Assembly: GCA_026026165.1 (NCBI GenBank)
Contig: JAPEUD010000013.1
Location: 62,001-126,000 of the forward strand
Direction of reading: 5' to 3'
DNA from: Sarea resinae
Taxonomy: Eukaryota
DNA: 64,000 nt
Shown here piece after piece: positions 47,684 to 59,012 of the stretch (positions are counted from its first letter, which is position 1; each line of letters opens with the position of its first letter). The translations under genes and the position numbers were made by a program. The notes under the pieces are model-generated. The model was not told the origin of the DNA and searched no databases. It saw only the letters and a list, made by a program, of their open reading frames with translations.

Positions 47684-50049
47684 AGAGGGTTTGATGATGG
47701 CATCCCACGTCATCAATCTCTTCTCGAAGAGACCGCGTCTCATCCCCCGATTGATGCCGCTATTGCAATCTCTCGATGACACCGAAGAACAAGATACCAT
47801 ATCCGCCGCGCACCTCCTCAACGCTCACCAACCCGACAAGTCCTCTTTTCCGATTATGCTCTGTCTCTTGTTGGCGTTTTTCGGTCCTGGGATTGTGATG
47901 TTCCGGTACGGTTTTGTAACGCTCTATAAAGGGGCTTTTTCCTCGCTTCTTTCCTCTTTTCTATTTCTCTTTTTCCTAATTTCTCACCACACATCCTCGC
48001 CTTTCCCATCCCATGACTTGTACCCACGTCAAACCCTGAACCGCCCTTACCTCCTTCACATCACGCACCCGGACGCTTCTCTCTCCCTTTCCTCCGTCTC
48101 CCGCCCTTATCCCCAGAAACGCCATCACTTTCTTTTTTTTTCCGTCGGCTTTTCTACTTTTGCCAATTTTCATTTCATCTACCTTACTTTATTTCCCTTC
48201 TCTTCCAAGCTCTTTCGATTATATATCCCCATTTCTCCACCTCATGACGTGGTCGGGTTTCTTTTTTTGTTCACTTCGACCTCGTTCGAGAGACACGGAA
48301 AGAATGGAGACAGAGGACTAAGGAGAGATTTCACGTTTTTACTTGGTCGAGGCCATCTAATGAGATGATGGGATGGGATGGAAGTAGACGTCCTAGTAGA
48401 AGAGAGAAACAGAAACAGAAACAGAGAGGAACAGAGAGAGAAAGAGAGAAAGAGAGAGAGGAGAGAAGAGAGGAATACATATACCCTAAACCTCTACACC
48501 CTAAAGCTCTGTCTATACATCTATACCTCTATGCCTCTGACCTTCTATGCCCCTATCTCGTATGCTATGCTACGAACCGCGCTTCCCCTTCCCCTTTTCC
48601 TCCCGCCCATCGCCCATCGTAAAACGTCATCTTCTTCCCTCGCTTGCTGACTACCCCTGACGCGTGGCACGAAGCGTATGCGATGGATCGATCACTTGGG
48701 ATCTTTTATTGATATAGTAGTGCGTAGTTAGGGTTCAAGGGTTCGCGATATTGAGTACCCTGTAGGCATGAAAACGAGACGGGATGTAGGTAGGTGAGGT
48801 GAGTAGGTTCGCAGATAGAGTAGAGCAGAGCAGAGTAGGTTAGAGTGAGTTAGTTAGAGCAGAATAAGTTAGTTAGAGTGAGTGAGTTGGTAATCCCTTG
48901 GCTTAATCCACTTTGACTTTGACTTGGACTTTGACTTGGACTTTGACTTGGACTTGGACTTGAACACGAAGATTTCTGAACATATAGTCAGTAGATATAG
49001 GGCGGATTATAGTTTTGGTTGCGAGATAAGCTAGGTAGGTTAGTAGAGTAGGATAGTAGAGTAGGTTGTAGTAGGTGGGTTGTAGTAGAGGGTTTGTAAT
49101 AAGTGGGTTGTAGTAGGTGGGTTGTAATACGTTGTAGTAGGTGGTTTATGATACATAGTTGTAGTTATATAGAGGTAGAGAGGTTAGAGAGGTTAGAGGT
49201 TAGAGGGGCTAGGGTAGAGAGACTAGGGTAGAGAGAGAGAAGAGGAAAGAGAGGAAAGAGAGGGTTTCTAGGTCTAAGAGGGATACAAGGAGAGAGAGTA
49301 GGAGAGAGGAGAGAGGAGAGAGGAGAGAGAAAAGAGAGAGGAAGAGGAGAGGAAAAGAGAGAGAAAGAGAAGAGCAAAGAAAAGTTTTCTAAGTCTAAGA
49401 GAGATATAAAGAGAGAAGAGAGAGAGAGAGAGAGAGAGTAGAGTAAAGAGGTTAGAGGGGTAGAGTAAATAGCTTGATTTATAGATTTATAGATTGTATA
49501 TTTGTTAATTAGTTATTCTGTTGATTTGCTAGTTTGTTTATATATGAATTTGCTAGATTGTTTTGTTTTCTCTCTCTCTCTCTCTCTCTCTCTATCCCTT
49601 TTCAATCCTTTTTAGGGACCGGCTAGAAGTTGATTGTATCATATACCCAGCCAAGCCAAGTGAAAGTGAGAGAGATTAAATACACCAGTTACTCCCGAGC
49701 GGACAGACAAGAAAAGGGTAGGGTATACGGAGAGCCGGTAGAGAGGTTCTGGGAAAATGTCATGGGATGGAATAGGATGGAATAGGATGGAATGGGATGG
49801 GTCGGTCAGTCGATTGAATCAGATCCAGGATGCGGTGGGCTCTGGGTACGGTTGCAGATGAGATGGCCAGGACGTGTATGGGCTGGAGAGAGTGGGGAGG
49901 GATTGGAAGCGGGGGAAGGGGGAGGGGGAAGAAGACACTTTGTATTATGGCTTGGGAGGGAGGTGAATGGGGTACCGTGGTGTGGTGTGGTGTGTCTGTC
50001 TGTGTCTGTGGCTGTCCATCGGCAGAACCTCTCTCCAGACAAAGACCAG

Positions 50050-50988
50050 TCAATCCAAGACGACCGACCCCGTCGCCAGCCGCTGCTCGTAGATCTTCCT
50101 CATCCTCGTCTCCGCCTTTTCCGAAATCACCGCAACGACTCGGCCGCGGTCTTCAAAGATATCCCTGTACCAATCCCTGCGGAGCGCGAAGAGACACCGC
50201 ATCAGCGCCTCGCGCTCGCGCGGCCGATGCCAGTAGACGAACCCGGCCAGCTTGGCGTCGTGCCAGATGCGGTTCGCCAGCGTGTGGAAATAGCAGCCGC
50301 GCACCAGCTCCGCGATCGGCAGATGCGAAGACGCGTCCGAGAGGCCGGCGAGCCCGTCGAGCTCGAAGCAGACGTCGCGGCGGGACAGGCCCAGCGTCTG
50401 GGCCGCCGCGTCGATTTGGTCCAGGAAGGGCAGGTGCGGCGGCGGCGGCGGCGGCGGCATGGCATGATGTGGGGTGTGGTATTTTTGGACCATATAGTTG
50501 AAGTCCAGATCCCGCTCTTCGTCTAGCTCTACTGAGATCTCCTTCCACAGCTGCGGCCAGGGCACTTGGTCTCGAGTCGGCCTTTGGAAGCCCGGAAGGT
50601 GGTCGGCTAGGTACTGGCCGTACTGGATGTTGATGCGGAACTCCATCATCGCGGGCATCCAGTAGGTCAGGATCTCGTAAAGGCCTCCAGCTTCGTGGGG
50701 CTCGATTCTACAGCGGGGACATTGCCACCTCCTGCTGTCTGCTTGGAACTTCTGTCTTGCGATGCGGGCTTGATGGCGACTCTGCGCCTCATTCTCTGCC
50801 TGTTGCCTTTTTGCCGTTTGGGCTTTTCTTTGCAGCTGGAAGGCCCTGGTCTTTTGCCTAAGTAATGGGATCAGCTGTTTCATATTTTCCCACGCGGAGA
50901 CAGCCCAATCGGTCGCCGGCGCCGGACTTGTGTTCATTGTGCTATCGGCGTCCGGGATGAGCGACATGGCACTATCGTAGTCGGCCAT
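50050..50988 (-). CDS. Hypothetical protein (single exon, about 312 aa)
   Basis: Long ORF with protein-like composition: a coiled-coil-like segment, CPRC and a helical C-terminal domain. No confident family. Confidence 0.65.
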   Translation of the reverse strand: MADYDSAMSLIPDADSTMNTSPAPATDWAVSAWENMKQLIPLLRQKTRAFQLQRKAQTAKRQQAENEAQSRHQARIARQKFQADSRRWQCPRCRIEPHEAGGLYEILTYWMPAMMEFRINIQYGQYLADHLPGFQRPTRDQVPWPQLWKEISVELDEERDLDFNYMVQKYHTPHHAMPPPPPPPHLPFLDQIDAAAQTLGLSRRDVCFELDGLAGLSDASSHLPIAELVRGCYFHTLANRIWHDAKLAGFVYWHRPREREALMRCLFALRRDWYRDIFEDRGRVVAVISEKAETRMRKIYEQRLATGSVVLD

Positions 50989-53835
50989 GGGCACGAGGTA
51001 GCAATAATCATAGAAAACATAAATTGTAAATATCAGATACTGTACGGGGTGACGCGGATCCTGACGTGTTTTCTTGTGTCCATAAGGATGCCGCCAGCTG
51101 CATGCAGATAGATAAGAAGTTCTTCAGTGGACAAGGAGCAAAGGCGACATGGTCTTTAGATATAGTTGCGGAAAAAGTGCACTTGGGTTGAACCTAACCC
51201 GCAAGTGACTCACTCATCTGTTGCGAATTGGCTTTTGACGTTTCTCGCACTGGTAGCTGAAGTATTAGATTGTCATTGAGTCGACGGCAGGCTGTTTGGA
51301 AATTCCCTGATGCGGGTTAGTACACATGTCAATTTCAACCCGTCTTTTGGCTGTCGAGCTGTTAGAGATGGATTAGAGGGATACGCCCTTCATTGCCCAC
51401 ACCAACAAGCTCTACTCTCGTAGAAGAGGCACGGTGGGTCGGGAGCAAGATGAACGAGACGGCTTGACATTTCCAATTCTGACGACCTCACCATGATGAA
51501 CCTCACCATGATGATGGTGCGGACTGGAAGAATGTTTGCTTTAGCTAGTTGTGCAACTGTGGCAGTGATGGGTGATGTGCATGCGATCCCATTTACCGTT
51601 CTCTATTGCTGTAGATAGAAATCTTATTGTCAAAAAAAAGCCCCAGCCCCCCTCACACGGCTTCACCAAAGATTCGTCGATCTCGCAGTGTCAAACATGA
51701 GTATTCGAATCGATTGCGAAAGCGTAGGCGGCGAAGTAGACATAGTAGAGAACAATGTCGCTGCCAATCAACGAATGGGCAGTAGGAGGTCTCACCTGTA
51801 GACTTGTGGTATAAATTGGATACTCGGAGACGGTTTTTCGACCATGCGACGAGGGTATCTTGGCCCAGTAGGTAATTGCGGGCACTGTGAGATCTTCCTT
51901 AGCTAGCTCTGACGAGGGGAATGTGCGTTCTATAGTCGTGAACTCCTAAGAGAGAGACCGTCTCCGCATGACCTCTTCGTCTGTTTCTGGGGCTATGCAA
52001 TTGCATTCGGCTGATCCCTTTTCGCCGCAAGTGGGCTGGTGGTGATTTTCGATACGTATAGGTCCGTGGTGAATGAAGCTTTTGCTTTTGGGGATGGAAA
52101 CCACAAGAGGGCAATCATACCGAGCAGACTGTGTGAAACTGCCAGCTCGTCTTTCGTCCAGGATCTCAAGCACTCTCCGGTTCAGGGGTTGATTTTCTCT
52201 TGAAGCTTTTGGCAACATCTTCAGATACACCCGTTTCTCTGCCGTGATCACAATTCATTCTAGAATTCGCTACTAGCGACAGCCCGAGGCTTGCTGAGCC
52301 AGAGAAGCGGGCCGAATGGCGAGTGGGATAGAGTAGGCCAGAGCTATAACTTTGAGGTGCCAATGGCAGACCCTTCCAAGGCCATAGACCTCGGGGTATA
52401 CAGACATCGGACCTGGTGAGTCTACCAGAGTCCCTCAAAACGGTATTCGAGTCATCCTGCATAGACGAAGTACACATCAGCAGGAGAAAGGAGGAAATGT
52501 CTTGTTGTGGAGCTTTCTCTTGTCTAGTCTATATCCATCGACTCGGTCAAGGCTTTCAATTTCCTCGGTCCTCTGTTGTACTGTTTTGCAGTCACAGTCA
52601 TCACAGTCAACATCAATTGGGGCGGCGCTACAATTCGGAGGGACTGCTGACACTATTGGCCGTCTTCTGCTTTCCAGTCTACCGCCGAGGATGAATATCA
52701 GGAGCTGTGATGCTTTCATCCACCTGGCTTGATCAATGGCCAGGATTGCTATCTCCATGGACTGCAATCGTCTTCACCTCATCTTCATTGTGCCAACCCT
52801 CCATACGGATTCGTTGGTCGAAGAACGTACGCTTCTGGAGTACCGTGTCCCAAAGACGTTCTCTTTCATCGACCCAACCGACTCCGGCCTTGAGACATTG
52901 TTACCAACGCTTTCCATTGGCTTCGAGACACGCGACAGACAGCAACGCCGTGGGGGAATTGAGTGATGAAACAAGGTTCACCGACTTGAAAACGCATTGG
53001 CATGTGTCGTGGATATATCAAGGTCGGGCGTTGCCCCGATCGGCGCCCTCGAGTGCCGGCGTTAAGGGCGGACTACGACTCTAGCTTTACCTGTCACGGC
53101 AAGTCTCCCGCCCCGGGCGAATCGAGTGGCAGGCCCAGGGCTAAGGGTAAACAACGTTAGATCGGCACATCGCCGCTCAGTCACGCGGTCGAACCACCAG
53201 CACCACCAGATTCCAGATGCCAGATGCCAAGATGGTACGTTTCATTGTTCGATAGGGAATGGACAGCAGGAGTGCACTGGAAGGGGGCCAGGAAGGGGCC
53301 TAGTCAACACAGGAGGTGGCCGAAGTGATGAGATGCGTTCACGTCCACGACGGGATAGGTTGGATTCCCGAATCATTGATCGCCGTGCATTCTCCAGATA
53401 TCATTTTTGAGTTTCGATACCGCGGATGATCCCCATGAAGTCTACTCCCAAACGCCCCTGCGACTGTTCCTACATGCTCCGTCAGGTAGTGGTCTCTATG
53501 ACTCACCCGATGGTGCAGGTACTGTATGTCAGAGCGAACCCTCGAGGCGAGGCTCGAGTACTACTACCAAGTGCCAGCTTCGACGGGATCCCGAAGAAAC
53601 GGACCAGCATCCATTGATCCATCCAGTGCGTCCCTCCCGAGTCTTCCGCCGTCCTCATGTTCATCAATCGCGGGGAATGAACTTCTCCTCCCGCAGGCAT
53701 TGATCCATCTCGATTCCGGAGGACGGAGGACGGTGCATGGTCGAATGATATCGTGCTTCCAATGCAACTTAATGCCGCACAGGCGCCAATTGCCGGTCTG
53801 CACTGATGCACACTCCCTGTCCCCTCGCTGGGCTT

Positions 53836-53903
53836 GGTATCCCGCTGGGTATCCCGCTGGGTATCCCGCTGGGTATCCCGCTGGGTATCCCGCTGGGTAT
53901 CCC
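53836..53903. repeat. 12-bp tandem repeat (GTATCCCGCTGG), five copies plus a partial unit
   Basis: Units start at 53837, 53849, 53861, 53873, 53885 and 53897 (partial). Confidence 0.97.
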
Positions 53904-55034
53904 CCTGCCTCCAGCTGTCCATCAATTGCCAAATCCCATGGATGAGACAGACTGAGTACACGGAGGACAGCGTAGTCGTATCGGTAGTTGCAACAAGACA
54001 ATGCTACGGATTACTTCATACTTCAGACTCTACTATGGACGCTGAGATCACATCGTCAGCGGTCAATCGTCATGCTCATTCACCGAAGCCGCCAACTCGG
54101 ACGGTTCCCTTCGGCCATCTTCTAGCGGGCATCGTCGTGTGCCATTCCAGGCTGACGGCTTATATACGGAGCACTGAAGTACTACGGCTGACGGCGGACG
54201 GGCTATGCAGAGAGTGACTCGTGAAATGTATGGGGTTTGCTGGCGGGTGGAAGTACTCCGGATCATTCGTATCCCTGCCATGGCCGACTTCAATTGCTTT
54301 TTCCCACGGGCTTGATCTGATAATCTTGCACGCCCGGTCGAGTAGAAGAATCTGATCCTCCAGCTCATCACCACTCTGCACCGTCCCTTCTTCGTCGACT
54401 CTTCCCCCATTCATCACCAATTCTTCACCAATTCTTCACCAATTCTTCACCGTCCATCCATCGTTGGGGCATCACTGCGTCTCTCTTGTTCGCTGCGTCT
54501 TTTAGGGTCGAGGACCAGAGCGACTCCGTACTTGGTTCGCCACTGACGACTTCCCACCATAGCCGAGCTCCACTGCTTGCACGAGCCTTGCCTTAGCCTG
54601 TCCCCCGTCTTCCCTTCTTTTCTTCCCTTGCCCTCGAGGTCGCTCGTCGTCGATACACTACTACTTCACACTCCGTACATCGACATTTTCCCAACGCTTT
54701 CTTAGTCGCCTCGAATGCACCTGATTCCGATCGGACCTAGTTCCTTGTGATCCAGACGCCGAACGCGTGGCGGGTCCAGCGTGTCCACGATCACGTTGAT
54801 CGTCGTGACTCCTGTGTTTTGGTTATCAAGGAACCGCATCTCCGGTCCTCGAACGCTTCTTTGTCGTCAGATGAACGACAGGCAAGAAGCGGATTGAGAC
54901 TTTTCGTGCGTCTCTTTCTAGTCTTCCTCGCTGCTCCTTCCCTTGATCGGTTTGAAGAAGCATGAGATGATCACTAATACACCATCCTCACTGCAGCCTT
55001 CCCTTCTTTATTGAAGGGCTCAAGCCGTGTCAAA

Positions 55035-58000
55035 ATGGTTTTCAAATTCAGCCATCTCGCCCGTCAGGGGCTTGCCAAATCCTTCACCCACGGTTACGCA
55101 CAGTCTGTCGTTGCGGCCACCCAATCCTCCTACGCCTCGTCAACGACCTCCTTCGGACCCCTCGGTACACAGTCGGCCTCTCGTTATAATAAGTCTGGAG
55201 CACCACAATTCCAAAATGCCTTTCACAGCACGAATGCCTCCAAGGCGAACAACCTGAATGCCAATGCCAGCGAGGCCGGCCTATCCGCCTACTATTCGGC
55301 ATGGCAGCAAGAGCACCAGGAAGAAAAGGAATGGCGGCAGTTCCAATTGTCGAAGCGATTAGGATTGAGTGGACCCGGAGTCGTGCATGAAATAAAGGGG
55401 AAGAGAGAGACAGATGTGGATGGCCGATCAGGAACTCCAGTTGCCCAGGACAGAAGTACTCTCGATCGATCGTACAGCACAAGCGCCATCGATGACCTGC
55501 GAAGAGAGGAAGATCGAGCAGTCGAGGCCGCCGCGGTCGCAGAGATCGATGCTGCCATCGCCAAGGAGATCCAGTATGCCAAGGAGACGGCCTTGAACGG
55601 CCACATCACCGAGAATGTCGAGGGCGAAGAGGCAATTCAGAGCAAACCGTCCTCGACATCTCCTATTGCTCCTCGCCAGTCACCTGCGCTCACGGCGGAC
55701 TCGGTCGCTTCGGAAGCGTCCCCCACCAGCGAAGGCACGGCTGGTACTGCTGCGACCTCGGTCATTGACTCGCAGTCGCAGTCGCAGTCCTATTCCGAAC
55801 ACATCGTCAAGCTGCGCGAGAACCAACGCTATGCCGAGATTCCTGCCGTCTTTGAGGCCATGCTGGTGGCCGGGATCAAACCGACTGCTCCCGCCTACAA
55901 TGCTCTGCTTCTTGCCGCAATTAAGCTTCCCAGGGCCAGACATCAAGTGGTTCCAAAGGCCCTTGATGTGTACTCGGATATGTTACGCCGCAAGGTCATG
56001 CCGGATGTCGTCACCTATACCACTTTGATCGACCTCTTGAGTTCTCGCGCATTAGATGTTCAGGGCATGAAACGGTCATTGGAAGAAAAGCGCACTCGAT
56101 TCGGTGGCATGGAGGAGGCCGGAAAGTTCATGTTCCGATCTCACGAAGCAGAGTTGGGTATTCTCGCCGACGACAATTCTCTCAGTATTGCTATCAAATT
56201 GTTTGATCTTTCGACCACTGGACACAACAGTCATGTCTATTCGGCCGAAACCTATCGAATTCTGGTAACCGCTTGCGCAGAGCAGGGCCGTGTTGATGAC
56301 ATGATTCGAATCTTTGCACACATGGAAGATCACCAGGTGATCCCCTATGCCTCCGCCTTCTCTCCAATGATCGAGGCTTTCGGCGCTTCGAAAGATCTCA
56401 GCAGCGCGGTTGAGTGCTACAACGAATACAAGGCTTTGGCCGTCGCAAACGACAACGGGTTCGATAGCGTTCTTGATCGCAATGACAACGACGTCTATGC
56501 TTCTCTGGTCAAAGCTTATGCGCTCTGTGGTCGTCTAGATGGTGGGGTTAAATTCCTGGGGAAGATAGTCGAGTCGTACGAGCCGGTCACCGAATTCAAG
56601 GAGCAGCGTCTCGAAGCTGTGCAGGACACCGTGGTCGTCAAAGCACTCGTTCAAGCTTCTCTCGAGAAGAACATGTTCTCTGATGCTCTCAAGCAAGCCG
56701 AAGAACGGAGTCTGGGTCCTCATGCCTATCATCAAGCCATGGCGAAGATATGCGCTGCCGCTGCTGACAAGAACGACCTGACTGTCGCTACAAAGGCATT
56801 TGAGAAATTGGCTTCCAGCGACGTTGGTATCGCTGTTCCCGCAATGTCCATGCTTGCTCTACATGTCCGTCGAGGCGAAGTGGAAGCAGCTAGGTCATAC
56901 TGGGATATTCTCTCGTCTCAAGTCCCCGTGTCGTCGGCGTTCATTGAACCGACAGCCATGTATGCTGTCTGTCTTTCAGGGTCCGGTTTCGTTGATGAAG
57001 GTGTCTCACAAGCGCGTCAAATGTTTGCGCGCGTCCGCATTGCTGCCGGACTGGGAGCTAACCTTGATATGATTGAGGAGATCGACGAGGGCATCGAGTT
57101 TATCGGTCGATTTCTTTCCGAGAAAGCAATCATTCCATCACCTGCTGCAGGGATGGATTTGGTCTGGGCTATGGTTGAGAATGGAGGTCTTGTGACCTCT
57201 GTTGCTCACCAGGTCCTCTCGAGCTTTGGCCATGACAGCATTTCACAGCTGGGTTGGAAGGATCTTACTCTGCTCCTACAAGTTCAAGCAGGCATGATCA
57301 TCAACAAATCCAGCGCGCTCGATATCGCCGGCATATCAAGGTTTACTCAACTGTTCGAAAATGTTCTTTCCAGTGGCATGCCCTTGGACAAGCGTACTAG
57401 CCATTTGATCGAGCAGGGTCTTGCTATCGCTGGCAAAGATCGTCCAGATTTACTCCAGCAGTGGCAAAACTACTCTCGTCAAATTCTCGAGCAGCCTCCG
57501 CATACGCCACTTCGGTATCAACATCCGCCTCAACCTTCGCCAGTAGCCGCAACTCCGGTTCCGGCATACGAGGATAACTTTGACCCTTATGGCGCTTCCA
57601 CCGACTTCAAGGGTTCCGCCGTCATCGCGGATATGCTCGAGAAGGGTAATAGCAGAAATGGGTCCAGACTCGATGATGCTCTTGTCAAGTTCAAGAATAT
57701 GCGTCGCGCGGGCAGACATCCTCGGTACATTACTTACGCCAAGCTGATCTCTGCTGCCGGTAGAGAGGAGAGGGCGACTGTCGCCAACGACATCCTTGCC
57801 ATGGCGAGAAACGATATTCCGCTGCTTCTTCAATACCGAGTGGTCAGGTATGGATGGGCCTCCATCCTGGATGCCATGCTGGGAGCCTGTCTCTCGTGTG
57901 GCAATCGTGGTCAAGCTGCCCAGTACCATCAGGAATTGCTCGACATGGGTTCCGCGCCTACTGCCAACACATTCGGTCTCTACATTACCACTCTCAAGGA

Positions 58001-59012
58001 TTCGACGAAGACCTTTGATGAAGCCACCGAAGCCGTCAACATCTTTCATCGTGCCAAGTCTGAGGGCGTCGAGCCTTCATCGTTCCTTTACAACGCTCTG
58101 ATCGGGAAACTTGGAAAGGCCCGCAGAATCGATGATTGCCTGTTCTACTTTGGCGAGATGCGCTCCTTGGGCATTCGACCGACAAGCGTCACGTACGGTA
58201 CGATTGTCAACGCTCTCTGCCGTGTCAGTGACGAGCGATTTGCTGAGGATCTCTTCGATGAAATGGAAACCACACCGAACTACAAGCCGCGCCCTGCTCC
58301 GTACAACAGCTTGATGCAGTTCTTCCTGACCACGAAGCGGGACCGGGGCAAGGTACTGGCCTACTACGAAAGAATGAAGTCTAAGAACATTCAGCCAACC
58401 ATGCACACGTATAAGCTTCTCATCGATACTCATGCTACGCTTGAGCCAGTTGACATGGAAGCTGCTGAAGCTGTTCTCGAGACCATTCGCCAGTCCGGAC
58501 AACATCCAGAACCTGTCCACTTTGCTTCTCTCATTCACGCAAAGGGTTGCGTCCTCCACGACATGGAAGGGGCTCGCAAGGTCTTCGATGATGTTCTATC
58601 AGACAGAAACATTCGACCGCAAGCATGTCTCTATCAAGCTCTTTTCGAGGCCATGGTGGCCAATCATCGCGTCGCCGACACAGAGGCTCTTCTCAAGGCG
58701 ATGTCCGTCCGACGGGTTGATGTTACGCCCTACATTGCCAATACCCTCATCCACGGCTGGGCTCTCGAGAAAAACATCACCAAGTCCAAGGCGGTCTATG
58801 ATGGGCTTGGTCTGGCGAAGCGTGAGCCCAGCACCTACGAAGCAATGACTCGAGCTTTCCTTTCCGTCGAGGACAAGAAGAGCGCAACGGCTGTGGTACA
58901 AGAGATGCTGTCGCGAGGATATCCCGCTGCCGTGTCCGGAAAAGTCTTGGAGTTAGTCGGCGGTGGCCATTCGTCGGCCAATAGTGTCATCGATCCCGAG
59001 GAGTCTCACTAA
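55035..59012 (+). CDS. Large pentatricopeptide-repeat (PPR) protein, probably mitochondrial
   Basis: Intronless ORF with many PPR-like units, e.g. PTAPAYNALL, PDVVTYTTLI, PSSFLYNALIGKLGKARRIDDCLFYFGEM, PTSVTYGTIVNALCR and PTMHTYKLLI. Confidence 0.92.
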   Translation: MVFKFSHLARQGLAKSFTHGYAQSVVAATQSSYASSTTSFGPLGTQSASRYNKSGAPQFQNAFHSTNASKANNLNANASEAGLSAYYSAWQQEHQEEKEWRQFQLSKRLGLSGPGVVHEIKGKRETDVDGRSGTPVAQDRSTLDRSYSTSAIDDLRREEDRAVEAAAVAEIDAAIAKEIQYAKETALNGHITENVEGEEAIQSKPSSTSPIAPRQSPALTADSVASEASPTSEGTAGTAATSVIDSQSQSQSYSEHIVKLRENQRYAEIPAVFEAMLVAGIKPTAPAYNALLLAAIKLPRARHQVVPKALDVYSDMLRRKVMPDVVTYTTLIDLLSSRALDVQGMKRSLEEKRTRFGGMEEAGKFMFRSHEAELGILADDNSLSIAIKLFDLSTTGHNSHVYSAETYRILVTACAEQGRVDDMIRIFAHMEDHQVIPYASAFSPMIEAFGASKDLSSAVECYNEYKALAVANDNGFDSVLDRNDNDVYASLVKAYALCGRLDGGVKFLGKIVESYEPVTEFKEQRLEAVQDTVVVKALVQASLEKNMFSDALKQAEERSLGPHAYHQAMAKICAAAADKNDLTVATKAFEKLASSDVGIAVPAMSMLALHVRRGEVEAARSYWDILSSQVPVSSAFIEPTAMYAVCLSGSGFVDEGVSQARQMFARVRIAAGLGANLDMIEEIDEGIEFIGRFLSEKAIIPSPAAGMDLVWAMVENGGLVTSVAHQVLSSFGHDSISQLGWKDLTLLLQVQAGMIINKSSALDIAGISRFTQLFENVLSSGMPLDKRTSHLIEQGLAIAGKDRPDLLQQWQNYSRQILEQPPHTPLRYQHPPQPSPVAATPVPAYEDNFDPYGASTDFKGSAVIADMLEKGNSRNGSRLDDALVKFKNMRRAGRHPRYITYAKLISAAGREERATVANDILAMARNDIPLLLQYRVVRYGWASILDAMLGACLSCGNRGQAAQYHQELLDMGSAPTANTFGLYITTLKDSTKTFDEATEAVNIFHRAKSEGVEPSSFLYNALIGKLGKARRIDDCLFYFGEMRSLGIRPTSVTYGTIVNALCRVSDERFAEDLFDEMETTPNYKPRPAPYNSLMQFFLTTKRDRGKVLAYYERMKSKNIQPTMHTYKLLIDTHATLEPVDMEAAEAVLETIRQSGQHPEPVHFASLIHAKGCVLHDMEGARKVFDDVLSDRNIRPQACLYQALFEAMVANHRVADTEALLKAMSVRRVDVTPYIANTLIHGWALEKNITKSKAVYDGLGLAKREPSTYEAMTRAFLSVEDKKSATAVVQEMLSRGYPAAVSGKVLELVGGGHSSANSVIDPEESH

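Noticed and set aside
47586..48368. 260-aa hydrophobic ORF
   Set aside because: It overlaps the last exon of the UBL3-like gene out of frame and runs through a pyrimidine-rich 3' UTR.
48725..49215. Telomere-like TTAGGG/TTAGAGG units
   Set aside because: Only isolated or degenerate units occur within generic purine-rich low-complexity DNA; there is no tandem TTAGGG array.
53836..53903. CRISPR-like array
   Set aside because: The units are directly adjacent with no spacers, only 12 bp long, and there are no cas genes in this eukaryotic context.
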